Assembly (NCBI GenBank): GCA_017608525.1
Contig: JAFCFS010000002.1
Span: 1-40,669, forward strand
DNA length: 40,669 nt
DNA from: Candidatus Woesearchaeota archaeon
GTDB lineage: Archaea; Nanobdellota; Nanobdellia; SCGC-AAA011-G17; GW2011-AR17
Reading direction: 5' to 3'
The notes under the pieces: generated by a model
Database searches by the model: none
Seen by the model: the letters and a program-made list of their open reading frames with translations, nothing else
Told to the model about the DNA's origin: nothing
Position numbers and translations under genes: made by a program
In this document: one piece after another, positions 1 to 9,717 of the stretch
Layout: every line of letters begins with the position of its first letter
Position numbering within the stretch: the stretch's first letter is position 1

Positions 1-10
1 AAATATTTTT

Positions 11-1126
11 ATGAAGATAGATGAAAAAGAACTCATTAGTCTTCTTTCTTCTCTTATAAAACAAAAAACGATTAATCCACCAGGAAATGAGTTCCTTGTT
101 GCAAAAATTGTTGAAAAATATTTTAGGAAGAATAAGATAAAATACAAGAAATACGAGAAAATTAAAGGAAGAACAAATCTGCTTGGGTTTATAGGAAAAG
201 GAAGGCCCAGCATAATGATTGCCTGCCATGCAGATGTTGTTCCTCCTGGAAAGGGTTGGAAAACTGATCCATTCAAACCAGTAATTAAAAATGGAAAGAT
301 CTTTGGTAGGGGTGCGGCAGACAATAAAGGGCCTCTAGCAGCAATGCTTGTGCTTGGAAAATTGCTTAAGAAAATAGAGAATCAATTAAAAGGAAGTGTA
401 ATTCTCGCCGTTGTTGCAGATGAAGAAAAGGGGTCAAAGTTTGGTATGTTATATTTGCTTGAAAATGGAATAATTAAACCAGATTATGCCATAATTCCAG
501 ATGTAGAAGGGAATATGAAAAAAATAATTATAGGCGAAAAAGGACTTATTCATATTAGAGTTACTGTTACAGGAAAACAAGCACACGCCTCAACCCCAAA
601 ATCAGGAATTAATGCAATTTATTTAATGAGCGATTTCATTGAGAAGCTTAAAAAATTCAAATTTAAATATAAGCCACACAAACTTTTTTCTCCACCAACT
701 TTAAATGTTGGAAAAATTTCTGGTGGTGTTGCACCGAATGTTGTTCCAGGAGAATGCGTTGCTGAAATAGACGTGAGGTATTTGCCATCACAAAATTATA
801 AAGAAATACTTAAAGAATTAAAAAATTTAGCTGGGAAAAATTTTAAGTTTGAAGTGATAATGCATGTGAAACCATCTGTAATTGAAGAGAAAAATATGCT
901 GCTGAATATTTTAATTAAGAACCTGAAAAAAATAGGGATACACCCGAAAATAAAAGGAATGGGGGGAGTAACAGTTTCTAAAAACCTAGTTCAAAAGGGA
1001 GTTATTTCTTTTGCGTTTGGCCCGGGCGATAAAGTTGCTCATACAGCTAACGAGTACATAAGAATAAAGGAACTAAAAAAATTTATCGAAGTTCTTTATT
1101 TAACAATTACTGAATTTTTAAAATAA
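11..1126 (+). CDS. M20 family metallopeptidase/deacylase (ArgE/DapE-like)
   Basis: Motifs HADVVP, GRGAADNKG, DEE and HAS, plus C-terminal AHTANE. Confidence 0.9.
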   Translation: MKIDEKELISLLSSLIKQKTINPPGNEFLVAKIVEKYFRKNKIKYKKYEKIKGRTNLLGFIGKGRPSIMIACHADVVPPGKGWKTDPFKPVIKNGKIFGRGAADNKGPLAAMLVLGKLLKKIENQLKGSVILAVVADEEKGSKFGMLYLLENGIIKPDYAIIPDVEGNMKKIIIGEKGLIHIRVTVTGKQAHASTPKSGINAIYLMSDFIEKLKKFKFKYKPHKLFSPPTLNVGKISGGVAPNVVPGECVAEIDVRYLPSQNYKEILKELKNLAGKNFKFEVIMHVKPSVIEEKNMLLNILIKNLKKIGIHPKIKGMGGVTVSKNLVQKGVISFAFGPGDKVAHTANEYIRIKELKKFIEVLYLTITEFLK

Positions 1127-1231
1127 ATTTCTATAAAACTTATACTTTTACTTGTTAACCTTTTTAATTTAAAATCAAAAACTCATTAAAAAAACGATAA
1201 ATATTTAATTAAGTTGTATATTCAGAAATGC

Positions 1232-2365
1232 ATGGATAAGGTTTTAAAGCGTAAAAAAGAGGAGATGCTTTTTGTTCCTGAAGTTTTCTTCTTAAAAAAA
1301 GAAAATGAATCCCTAAAAAAAGAGATAAACAAGTTAAGGAGGGAATTGAACAAGTTTAAAAACAGCCCATTATTGGTTTGTGAATTAATTGACTTATTTA
1401 AGGATAAGGCTTTAATCAAAACAAACAATGGAAACCTTCTATATGTTGAAATTCTATCGCCACTTGAAAAAAGTTTGAAAAATGGAGATTTTGTTTTAGT
1501 TGAGCAAAGGTCCATGACTATTGTTGATGTTCTCAAGAATAAATCTTTGGAGGCAAATAAATTTTTAATGGTGGAAAAACCGAAAATCGATTGGAATGAT
1601 ATTGGTGGATTAGCAAACGAGATTAAGGAAATAAAGGAGGTTGTTGAACTTCCGCTAAAAAAACCGGGCTTGTTCAGGAAAGTTGGAATTGAGCCGCCGA
1701 GGGGGGTTTTACTTTACGGGCCATCAGGGTGTGGAAAAACTATGCTTGCCAAAGCTATAGCAAATTCAACAAATTCTACTTTTATAGAGATTGTTGCTTC
1801 GGAATTGGTTCAAAAGTATATTGGTGAAGGAGCAAAACTAGTTAAGAATGTTTTCAGGTTAGCAAGAGAAAACGCGCCAAGTATAATTTTTATAGACGAA
1901 ATTGATGCTATAGCTTCAAAAAGGTACTATGACGATATTTCTGGAGAAAAAGAAGTTCAAAGAACATTTATGCAGTTGCTTGCAGAAATTGATGGTTTTG
2001 ACCCTTTAGGGAATGTAAAGATAATAGGGGCAACAAATAGAATAGATGCTCTTGATCCGGCATTATTGAGACCGGGAAGGCTCGATAGACTTATAGAGGT
2101 AAAAATTCCTAACCAAAAAGGAAGGGAAGAGATATTTAAAATCTATACAAAAAAGATGAATCTAGGAAAAATAAATCTAAAGGAACTAGCTAAAATGACA
2201 AACCAATTTACAGGGGCTGAAATAAAAGCAGTTTGTACAGAAGCAGGATATTTTGCAATACGTGAAAATAGGACAGAAGTGAAGCAGGAAGATTTTGTTA
2301 AGGCTATAAATAAAGTAAAGGAAATTGAAGAGGAAAACAAGGAGTACATGAAGGTATTTGGCTAG
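1232..2365 (+). CDS. pan: Proteasome-activating nucleotidase (AAA+ ATPase)
   Basis: N-terminal coiled coil and OB region, Walker A GPSGCGKT, pore loop KYIGEG, Walker B IFIDEID, SRH ATNR..DPALLRPGRLDR, HbYX-like tail VFG. ATG 1232 preferred over TTG 1214. Confidence 0.93.
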   Translation: MDKVLKRKKEEMLFVPEVFFLKKENESLKKEINKLRRELNKFKNSPLLVCELIDLFKDKALIKTNNGNLLYVEILSPLEKSLKNGDFVLVEQRSMTIVDVLKNKSLEANKFLMVEKPKIDWNDIGGLANEIKEIKEVVELPLKKPGLFRKVGIEPPRGVLLYGPSGCGKTMLAKAIANSTNSTFIEIVASELVQKYIGEGAKLVKNVFRLARENAPSIIFIDEIDAIASKRYYDDISGEKEVQRTFMQLLAEIDGFDPLGNVKIIGATNRIDALDPALLRPGRLDRLIEVKIPNQKGREEIFKIYTKKMNLGKINLKELAKMTNQFTGAEIKAVCTEAGYFAIRENRTEVKQEDFVKAINKVKEIEEENKEYMKVFG

Positions 2366-3087
2366 TAATCTCTATTTTTTAGTGTTTCTATAACAAGTTG
2401 CGCCAATCCTTTCTTGTTAAAAATTATATTTTTTAGATTTGCTCCCCTTTTAAGTTCTCCATTTTTAAAATGAATATACGTTAATCCATAATAGTTTCCT
2501 TCATTTAAATTCTCTACAAGTTTTAGTTCCTCTTCGATACTTTTTTTTGAAGGACAAAGAAATTCACAGCTTTCGAAAATGTCATCTGTTGTTTCATAAA
2601 CTTTCCACGCACCATCTTCTTTGTACTCTACCCAACGGTGAGCCCCAGAAACATCCTCAGTTGAAACATACCCGGTTACTAGCCTAACTTTATCCTTTAG
2701 ATGATTAAGGCCCAATTTTTCTACAATATACAAATAATTGCTATAAACAAAAATTGAATAAAAACTACAGTCAGCTTCCCCTTTTTCAAAAGCATCCCTT
2801 CGTTCTTTAAAGGGGAAATCTATGTGCGGAACATAGGTAAGATATTTTGCAGTTACTAGGTGTGCTAGTTTTAAAACCGATAATGGAGTTTTTAAGTCGT
2901 CTTTTAAAAATTTAAGATAGAGATCTGTCTTGCACAATTTTTGAATCTTCTTGCTTTTTATGGCCTTTTTAACATAGATTGGAGGTATAGAATAGTGAAT
3001 TAAAGGATATGCATAACGATCAAACAGAAAAAGTGAAAACAAAACATACAAGATTTTTTTCAATTTTTTTCTTTTCATGCATTTCAT
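2362..3087 (-). CDS. Membrane-anchored transglutaminase-like (Cys-His-acid) protein
   Basis: Basic N-terminus followed by a hydrophobic segment; GEADC, GAHRWVE and WKVYETT resemble the transglutaminase core motifs. Confidence 0.65.
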   Translation of the reverse strand: MKCMKRKKLKKILYVLFSLFLFDRYAYPLIHYSIPPIYVKKAIKSKKIQKLCKTDLYLKFLKDDLKTPLSVLKLAHLVTAKYLTYVPHIDFPFKERRDAFEKGEADCSFYSIFVYSNYLYIVEKLGLNHLKDKVRLVTGYVSTEDVSGAHRWVEYKEDGAWKVYETTDDIFESCEFLCPSKKSIEEELKLVENLNEGNYYGLTYIHFKNGELKRGANLKNIIFNKKGLAQLVIETLKNRDY

Positions 3088-3159
3088 TTTTGCGTTTCAT
3101 TTTTTAAAAGTTTTCCAAATTTAGCAAATTTTTTATATGTTTTTTATTCTGATTTTCTT

Positions 3160-3942
3160 ATGAAGGTTATTAAAATACCAATATCAAAAGGAGCGTTGGG
3201 AAAAAATGACGGTTGCGAAAAAGCTCCTGATTTTGTTGTTAAAAAATTTACTGAAGAAATATGGTGTAAAGAATCTGAAGATATCTTGCCGAAAATAGAA
3301 GTTGGAAATGTAGAAACAGTTGGAGATTTAAAAAAAGATCACGAAACAATTTACAAAAAAGCAAAGGAAAATGGATATCCAGCATTTTACATAGGAGGGG
3401 ACCATTCAATAACATATCCTTTATTTAAGGCATTCTCTGAAAATTTTGAAAACCCTGGATTGATAGTTTTTGATGCACACCCCGATGTCTACAAAGAGCA
3501 CGATTTTGTTACACATCAAGATTGGTTATTCTACTTAGTTGAGGAGGGAACCCTAAAAAAAGAAAACATTGTTTTGGTTGGTTTAAGAAATTGGGATCCA
3601 AAAGAGATAGAGTTTCTAAAAAATATGAAAATTGCATATTTTACAGCCAAAAATATTTTTAAAAATGTAGAAAATGTTTGCGATTTTTTGATGGAAAAGG
3701 CGAGAAGCTTTGATGGGTTTTATTTAAGCATAGACATAGATAGCATCGATCCTGCATTTGCTCCCGGAACTGGTTATATAGAGCCTGCAGGATTGAGTTC
3801 AAGAGAATTATTGTATTTTGTCCAGAGACTAAAAATATTAAAGAATCTTTTTGCAATAGATTTGGTTGAGATAAATCCAGATAAGGATATTAACGAATTA
3901 ACAATTAAACTCGGCGCCAGAATTTTGGGTGAATTGATATGA
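3160..3942 (+). CDS. Arginase/agmatinase family ureohydrolase
   Basis: GGDHS, DAHPD, SIDID..DPAFAPG and DLVEINP motifs. Confidence 0.92.
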   Translation: MKVIKIPISKGALGKNDGCEKAPDFVVKKFTEEIWCKESEDILPKIEVGNVETVGDLKKDHETIYKKAKENGYPAFYIGGDHSITYPLFKAFSENFENPGLIVFDAHPDVYKEHDFVTHQDWLFYLVEEGTLKKENIVLVGLRNWDPKEIEFLKNMKIAYFTAKNIFKNVENVCDFLMEKARSFDGFYLSIDIDSIDPAFAPGTGYIEPAGLSSRELLYFVQRLKILKNLFAIDLVEINPDKDINELTIKLGARILGELI

Positions 3943-4490
3943 GGCTATTTATTTCAATAGAACTGCCGAAAGAGATTAGAGATTATCTTGAAGAACTTAA
4001 GTCTACACTAAGGAGACTTCCAGCAAAAATTAAATGGGTTGCAAAGAAAAATTTACACATAACTCTAAAATTTCTTGGGGAAGTTGAGGATAAAAAAATT
4101 GAAATCTTAAAAAAAAGGTTAGAAAATATTAAAACAAACCCATTTGAGATAGAACTTAGCAGAATAGGTTTTTTTCCGAGTAGCAATTATATAAGAGTAA
4201 TATGGGTTGGTGTTATACCTGAAGAGAACGTTATAAGACTCCAAAGAATGATTGATGGGGAATTAATTGACATGTTTCCAGGAGAGCAAAGATTCGAAGC
4301 GCACATAACAATAGGAAGGGTAAAATTCATAAAGGACAGGGAAAAATTCGTTAAAGAACTCAGCGATGTTCGAATTAAAAATATAAAATTCCGCGTGAAT
4401 AATTTTAAATTGATGAAGAGCACTCTAAGAAGGGAAGGACCAATCTATGAAGAGATTGCATCATTTGAGCTTAAAAATTTTCATCAATAA
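3939..4490 (+). CDS. thpR: RNA 2',3'-cyclic phosphodiesterase (2H family, 2'-5' RNA ligase)
   Basis: MRLFI start, two HxT motifs (HITLKF, HITIGR), C-terminal S.L...GPIY. Confidence 0.93.
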   Translation: MRLFISIELPKEIRDYLEELKSTLRRLPAKIKWVAKKNLHITLKFLGEVEDKKIEILKKRLENIKTNPFEIELSRIGFFPSSNYIRVIWVGVIPEENVIRLQRMIDGELIDMFPGEQRFEAHITIGRVKFIKDREKFVKELSDVRIKNIKFRVNNFKLMKSTLRREGPIYEEIASFELKNFHQ

Positions 4491-5100
4491 CTTTAGTTAT
4501 TTCTTCAGCTTTTTTCTTTCCTATTTTCTCAACCTTCATCAAATCTTCCTTTTTTGCATTAAATAAATTTTTAATACTCTTGAATTCTTTTAGCAATTTT
4601 TTAGCAAGCTTCGGCCCTATTCCGGGAAGTGACTCAACAACCAATTGCTGCCTTTCCTTCAAACTTAGTGGTTTCCTTTTTGCAAGAATTCCGAATTCCT
4701 CTTTTTGACGAGATTTTCTTTTTGCTATTGTATACAAAAGTGATGCAGTATCCCTATAATTTCTGGTAGGAATTATGGGTATTTTAAAATCTATAGCTAT
4801 TGAAGCCAACATCCCTCTTATAGCGTTTGGGTGGAGACTTCTTATAGTGTAAATATTATCTTCCCCTTCGATAATAAGGATAGCACTTTCGAAATTCTCT
4901 TTAAGCATCCCTAACTGCCTGATAAGCCTTTTGTCTACTATTGAATTAACAAAATCCTGAATAGTTTTTCTTTCAATTGCTGTATCTCCTATTATGAAAT
5001 CGGCCAAATCTAATTTTTTATACTCTATTACAATTCCCTTCTTTGCCAGTTCCTTTCCTATCCCCGAGCTTCTTTCCCTTTTATCAATTATGACCTTCAC
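4471..5100 (-). CDS. ERCC4/XPF nuclease with HhH2 domain (Hef nuclease half)
   Basis: IIDKRE, ADF, IERKTIQDF (ERKxxxD) and tandem HhH (LPGIGPK, VEKIGKK); GTG start. Confidence 0.9.
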   Translation of the reverse strand: MKVIIDKRERSSGIGKELAKKGIVIEYKKLDLADFIIGDTAIERKTIQDFVNSIVDKRLIRQLGMLKENFESAILIIEGEDNIYTIRSLHPNAIRGMLASIAIDFKIPIIPTRNYRDTASLLYTIAKRKSRQKEEFGILAKRKPLSLKERQQLVVESLPGIGPKLAKKLLKEFKSIKNLFNAKKEDLMKVEKIGKKKAEEITKVIDENF

Positions 5101-5152
5101 AAAACTTCAATTTTTTGAGAAATTTTATAAATATTTCCAAATTCTGTTTCAT

Positions 5153-6124
5153 GTGTATAGAAAATTTAAGAAGTTTGGTCTGGTAGCTGTAACATCAATA
5201 ATGTTTGGTGGCTGTATTAAACACATCGATCTATATTTAAAAAACGATTGTAGAATGGCTTGCAAAAAGAAAAACAAAAAAGAGGGCCTCCTAAGGAAAA
5301 TAATTAACCCATTTCTTGAGATATTTGATGATTATGAAAAAAGAACACTTTATTTGAAATCTGATTCAACTCTCGAAGAACTTGTTAATGGAAAAAACTA
5401 TAGGGATAAGGTAAGGATAAAATTTTACGGTACTTTCGGAGGTTTTATTGGTCCATTAAGGGAATATTTTCTGAAGGATTTGGTTGAGATGGCAATAATA
5501 TACAAAGATGATGTTTTGCTTCTTGACGCTGGCTCCATTGATGTTGTTTGTGATAGAGAAGTTTTTAATGAAATTGATGCCATACTTATTTCACATACAC
5601 ATTTTGATCACATCTGGCATCTTTACGGAGTATATAAAAATTTGAGAAAGGAGGGAAAAGAGGTTAAAATTTATTCCCCTCAAAAAGTTCCTTTCTGGAA
5701 TCTGGCTAAAAATGTATCAACCAATATACCAAAGAAAATTAAATCTTTTGAAATAGAATACATAGAAACAAAGCATGATATAAAATGCTACGCCTATAAA
5801 ATTAAGGTAAATGGAAAAGTCATTGGGTATACAGGTGATACGGCCTATTTTGAAGAGTTGGCAGATTTCTTTAAAGATGCGGATGTAATAATAACTGAGG
5901 CAAGTTTGTTAGAAAAGCCAAGGCATATTGATGAAAAGATGGGGATATTTAATAGGCATATGAGTCCACAGTCTGTTATTAAACTTGCAAAAAAAGCAAA
6001 TCCGAAACTCATTGTTTTAACACACTTCAATAATCTCTCACCGAAAAAATTTAAAAAAGCAGTTGAAAAAGAATTCGAAAGAGTAATATACGCTACAAAT
6101 GGGTTAGAATTAATAATTGATTAA
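5153..6124 (+). CDS. MBL-fold hydrolase (RNase Z-like) with lipoprotein-like N-terminal signal
   Basis: LLDAG, SHTHFDH, KHD, YTGDT, EA..RH and LTHF motifs. In-frame GTG at 5153 avoids overlap with the divergent gene and gives MYRKFKKFGLVAVTSIMFGGC. Confidence 0.8.
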   Translation: MYRKFKKFGLVAVTSIMFGGCIKHIDLYLKNDCRMACKKKNKKEGLLRKIINPFLEIFDDYEKRTLYLKSDSTLEELVNGKNYRDKVRIKFYGTFGGFIGPLREYFLKDLVEMAIIYKDDVLLLDAGSIDVVCDREVFNEIDAILISHTHFDHIWHLYGVYKNLRKEGKEVKIYSPQKVPFWNLAKNVSTNIPKKIKSFEIEYIETKHDIKCYAYKIKVNGKVIGYTGDTAYFEELADFFKDADVIITEASLLEKPRHIDEKMGIFNRHMSPQSVIKLAKKANPKLIVLTHFNNLSPKKFKKAVEKEFERVIYATNGLELIID

Positions 6125-7629
6125 AAGAAATCCAATAGATTTAGTTTTCTTGCTTCCCTTTCCTTCCCCATCTTTTTTAAAACAGACCTCATTAATTTTT
6201 CCTTTCTCTTTGCGCTCCAATAATAGGCTTGATCTCTGCTATTTTTTGTCATAAGAAAGATTATTTTTCCACTCTGTGTCCTTCCAACCCTGCCTATTCT
6301 TTGTATCTTTCTTATTTCGCTTGGAACAATGTCGAAAAATATTGCAACTTTCGCACTTGTTACATCAAGGCCTTCCTCTATGATGCATGTCCCAACAAGG
6401 ATATTGTATTTGCCATTTGCGAAATCTCTCAGCCTTTCAATTTGTTCCTTTTGAGTCATTCCCTCCCTTTGTCCAACAAGCTTAACTGGTTTTACATTTT
6501 TAATTTTTGAGAGTACTTTGACAATCTCTTCAACTGTTGTTCTATAATTTGCAAAAATCATTATTTTTGTGTTTTTATCCCTTTCAAATTCCTTTTTAAC
6601 AATTTCTATGAGCTTTTCCATTTTAGGATGGTTTATCCCTTTATCTAAGAGTTTTTTTGTTAAAGCTTTTGCCTCTATTACATTCTTATCAAAATTAATG
6701 CATGTTGCAGTTCTTCCAACCCCCTTCTCCAGTTTTTCCCAGTATTCTTGTAATGGAATTAAACCTTGGGTTTCTAGAAGTTCGGAAGCATAGCTCAATT
6801 TCAGTGCTTGGCTTGTTAGAGAAATTGCAGAATAATACGCTTTATAACCTTTCTTTACCTTCTTTAAAAACTCATTTTGGTAAACAATTAAATCTTTTTT
6901 TGTTATTTGGCTTGGAGCTTTATTTACATCAAAATTTTTTAATTTTTCAACCCTTTCTTTATAACTTTTTTTAATCAATTTATTTATTTTTTTCATTCCT
7001 TCTGGCAATTCAATCGGTACCCACTCGAACACTTTCTCCTTTATATAATATTTAAGGTCCTCATCTCTTTCAGTTCTTATTTCAACAGCATCTATTCCCA
7101 AATTACTGCAAATTTCATCTATTTTTTCTTTTGTCCCGCCAGGAGAAGCTGTAAGCGCAAGAACCTTAAATTCTCTTGCTTGTCTTTTATACTCATTAGC
7201 TATATAAACATATGCATAATCTTGAACACCATGATGTGCTTCGTCAAATACTACAAGGCTTACATTGCTTAAACTTATTCTTCCTTCAACTAAATCATTT
7301 TTTATGCATTGAGGTGTTGAAAAAACAAGCCTTGAGTTTTCCCAAATTTTTTTTCTGTTTTTTGGTTTGATTTTTCCAGTTATCAAAGCAAATTCTTTTT
7401 TTTCCAAATTTATGTAATTCTTAAAAGTTGTGTAATGTTGCGCTACTAAAGGCCTTGATGGAGCAAGCACCAATATTTTTGACTTTGGATATTTCTTTAT
7501 TCTTTCTATAGCAAGCAAAACAGCAATCAAAGTCTTTCCTGTTCCTGTTGGCAAAACAACCAAACAATTATTTTTTATGCATGTGTTTAGTATATTTTCT
7601 TGGTAAAGTCTCGGTTTTGGTGTATGCAT
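6121..7629 (-). CDS. hef: Hef/FANCM/Mph1-like SF2 helicase (helicase half only)
   Basis: PRLYQ Q-motif, LPTGTGKT, DEAHH, LTASPG, EEGLD and QRIGRVGR; no nuclease domain; ends in PIP-like LLDFF. Confidence 0.9.
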   Translation of the reverse strand: MHTPKPRLYQENILNTCIKNNCLVVLPTGTGKTLIAVLLAIERIKKYPKSKILVLAPSRPLVAQHYTTFKNYINLEKKEFALITGKIKPKNRKKIWENSRLVFSTPQCIKNDLVEGRISLSNVSLVVFDEAHHGVQDYAYVYIANEYKRQAREFKVLALTASPGGTKEKIDEICSNLGIDAVEIRTERDEDLKYYIKEKVFEWVPIELPEGMKKINKLIKKSYKERVEKLKNFDVNKAPSQITKKDLIVYQNEFLKKVKKGYKAYYSAISLTSQALKLSYASELLETQGLIPLQEYWEKLEKGVGRTATCINFDKNVIEAKALTKKLLDKGINHPKMEKLIEIVKKEFERDKNTKIMIFANYRTTVEEIVKVLSKIKNVKPVKLVGQREGMTQKEQIERLRDFANGKYNILVGTCIIEEGLDVTSAKVAIFFDIVPSEIRKIQRIGRVGRTQSGKIIFLMTKNSRDQAYYWSAKRKEKLMRSVLKKMGKEREARKLNLLDFF

Positions 7630-7679
7630 GAATCTAACTTATAAAAATATTTATATAAATTTTCTCTTTATTTTTTAAT

Positions 7680-7955
7680 ATGCTAACCAGACTTTTGGCA
7701 TTCATGGATTTAATGACAGCTTTAGTGCTATTTTCTTTAAGCCATACTTCTGAAAGAGTTTTTATTATTTTGGCTTGGGTTTGTGTGTGTTACGTACTTT
7801 TCAAGGGATTGATTTTTTTAAGATCTTTTGCAAGCATAATAGATTTATTTTCCATACCATTTATCATCCTTGCGATTTTCAGTAGCTACAGCATAATCAC
7901 TTACCTGTTTGTCATATGGTTTTTGCAGAAATCAATATTGAGTTTTATTTCTTAG
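7680..7955 (+). CDS. Small polytopic membrane protein, unknown function
   Basis: Almost wholly hydrophobic 91 aa ORF filling the gap, with a TATA-like element upstream. Confidence 0.65.
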   Translation: MLTRLLAFMDLMTALVLFSLSHTSERVFIILAWVCVCYVLFKGLIFLRSFASIIDLFSIPFIILAIFSSYSIITYLFVIWFLQKSILSFIS

Positions 7956-8919
7956 CCTTAAATGCTGCAGATTCAACTTTTTTGTCTATGTGAACATCTT
8001 TTAGCATGTTCTCCTTTTTTATTTGTTCAGCTACCATATTAACTGCTTCATCAAAAGTTCTTCCAGCTATAAGGCCGCTTGCTATGGCCTTTCCAGGTGC
8101 TGCACCCTTGAAAACATTAAGAAATTCAGCAGGAATCATCATTTTTGCCCCCTTCATATTTTCAAGAGCTTTTATGTAGAGATAGTTTATTGTTCTATCA
8201 TTGAAATTCTTTGTTGCTTCTCCCAATGCTTTAATAACTATTCTTCTTGCTTCTGCTGTAAATCGCTTCGCTTCCAAATTCGCTCTAGAAACCCTTATCT
8301 GCTTTAATGCTTCCATGACTTGCCTTGGGGGTTCAATCTTCTCTACCTCTATATTGTGGACTTTTATTCCCCACCTCCCTTCAACAACCCTATTCATACT
8401 TTCCCTTAACTTTTCAAATATTTTTTCCGCGTTTACAATTAATTGAGTAAATGTAAATTCAGCACATATGTCTCTTATTCTACTAAGAACAAAATCATGG
8501 AGAGCACTTTTATAGTTTCTTACATTTAATATTACTTTTCTAGCATTTTGGATTGAAAAATAAAGAAGTGTTGATAAATTAACCTCAAGACCTTCACTTG
8601 TTATTGTTGGGACAGTAATGTAATCCTTTTGTTCTCTCATATCAACAACTGCACCAATTTTTTCCATCCAAGGTATAACAAAAGTCCATCCTCCCGAAGA
8701 TGCCCTATGGAATCTTCCCCACCTGTATATCAAAGCAACCTCGTATGGTTCAAATTTCCTAAGCATAAGTTTCAAAACTATTCCTATGAAAACAACCCCA
8801 CCAAAAAAGAAAATTACCGGAAAAAGCAATTTGAAATGTATGAGTATTAAAATAAATGCTAAAATTACACCTATGACAATAAACAACCAAACCATAAATT
8901 CTAAAATAGGGCTTGTCAT
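7945..8919 (-). CDS. SPFH/band 7 (stomatin-like) membrane protein
   Basis: Two N-terminal TM segments, R.GRF, F.IP..E, VDMRE, WGIKV..VE...IEPP and a coiled coil. Confidence 0.9.
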   Translation of the reverse strand: MTSPILEFMVWLFIVIGVILAFILILIHFKLLFPVIFFFGGVVFIGIVLKLMLRKFEPYEVALIYRWGRFHRASSGGWTFVIPWMEKIGAVVDMREQKDYITVPTITSEGLEVNLSTLLYFSIQNARKVILNVRNYKSALHDFVLSRIRDICAEFTFTQLIVNAEKIFEKLRESMNRVVEGRWGIKVHNIEVEKIEPPRQVMEALKQIRVSRANLEAKRFTAEARRIVIKALGEATKNFNDRTINYLYIKALENMKGAKMMIPAEFLNVFKGAAPGKAIASGLIAGRTFDEAVNMVAEQIKKENMLKDVHIDKKVESAAFKAKK

Positions 8920-8940
8920 TTAAAAATTTTGTGTAGTAAA

Positions 8941-9717
8941 TTATTTATACAATCTCCAGAAAAAAAGAAAAACAAGCAATATGGCAAGAAGAAGGGCGAG
9001 AAGCAGTGCACCAAAACTTCCGATAAATTTCATAAATAAAGTTACGCATAGAATAAAAACGAACGAGAAAATATAAATTGGTACTGAACCGACAAGTACC
9101 TTAAATCCATCGAGCTCTGGAAAAGGAAGCATATGGAAAAGAGCAATCCATGAGTTAATTAAAACTATACTATCAAACATACCATTGAAATTTATTGTAC
9201 TAAAGGCTATTGCTATAAATATGTTAACTAATGGTCCTGCTATTGCTATCTTAGCTTCTTCAAAATCGGTTACATGAATAAATCTTTTTCCAAATCTGCT
9301 AATTCTTTTCATGAACAATTTATAGCTTTCTACAGTTGCAAAATAAAACCTTCCATTGGTGAAAATTGCAAATAAAATCGGTAGTATAATCCCCAAGGGA
9401 AAAGATTCGATTACAAACTTTTTTCCAAATATGCTAATTTTCTTCGGATATTTTGGTTCGGCAAGCGACAGTTTTTTAATCCCCCAAACTCTATGTTCAA
9501 CAGCCAAACCATATCTTTTGGCAACATATTTATGGGCTATGTTGTGTAAATAAATGCTTATCGCAGAAATCACCAAAACTTTGAAGAAATTCGTTATCCA
9601 AAAGCTAAATTCAAATACCGGCCTGCCATCATTATAACCGAAAACAATAGCTAGAACAAGAACGGTAAAGATAAAATTTATTGCTTCTGTTTTACTAAGC
9701 TTTAGCATCTTTTTCAA
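8941..9717 (-). CDS. Site-2 protease (M50)-like membrane protein, catalytic Glu absent
   Basis: HNIAH in place of HExxH, IAIAGPLVN, and FHMLPFPELDG in place of NxxPxxxxDG. Confidence 0.8.
   Translation of the reverse strand: MKKMLKLSKTEAINFIFTVLVLAIVFGYNDGRPVFEFSFWITNFFKVLVISAISIYLHNIAHKYVAKRYGLAVEHRVWGIKKLSLAEPKYPKKISIFGKKFVIESFPLGIILPILFAIFTNGRFYFATVESYKLFMKRISRFGKRFIHVTDFEEAKIAIAGPLVNIFIAIAFSTINFNGMFDSIVLINSWIALFHMLPFPELDGFKVLVGSVPIYIFSFVFILCVTLFMKFIGSFGALLLALLLAILLVFLFFWRLYK

Noticed and set aside
3939-4490. Anti-CBASS Acb1-like 2H enzyme
   Set aside because: The sequence and context fit ordinary cellular ThpR
4994-5152. Longer N-terminus of the MBL ORF
   Set aside because: It overlaps the divergent nuclease gene and the shared TATA region; GTG 5153 is more plausible
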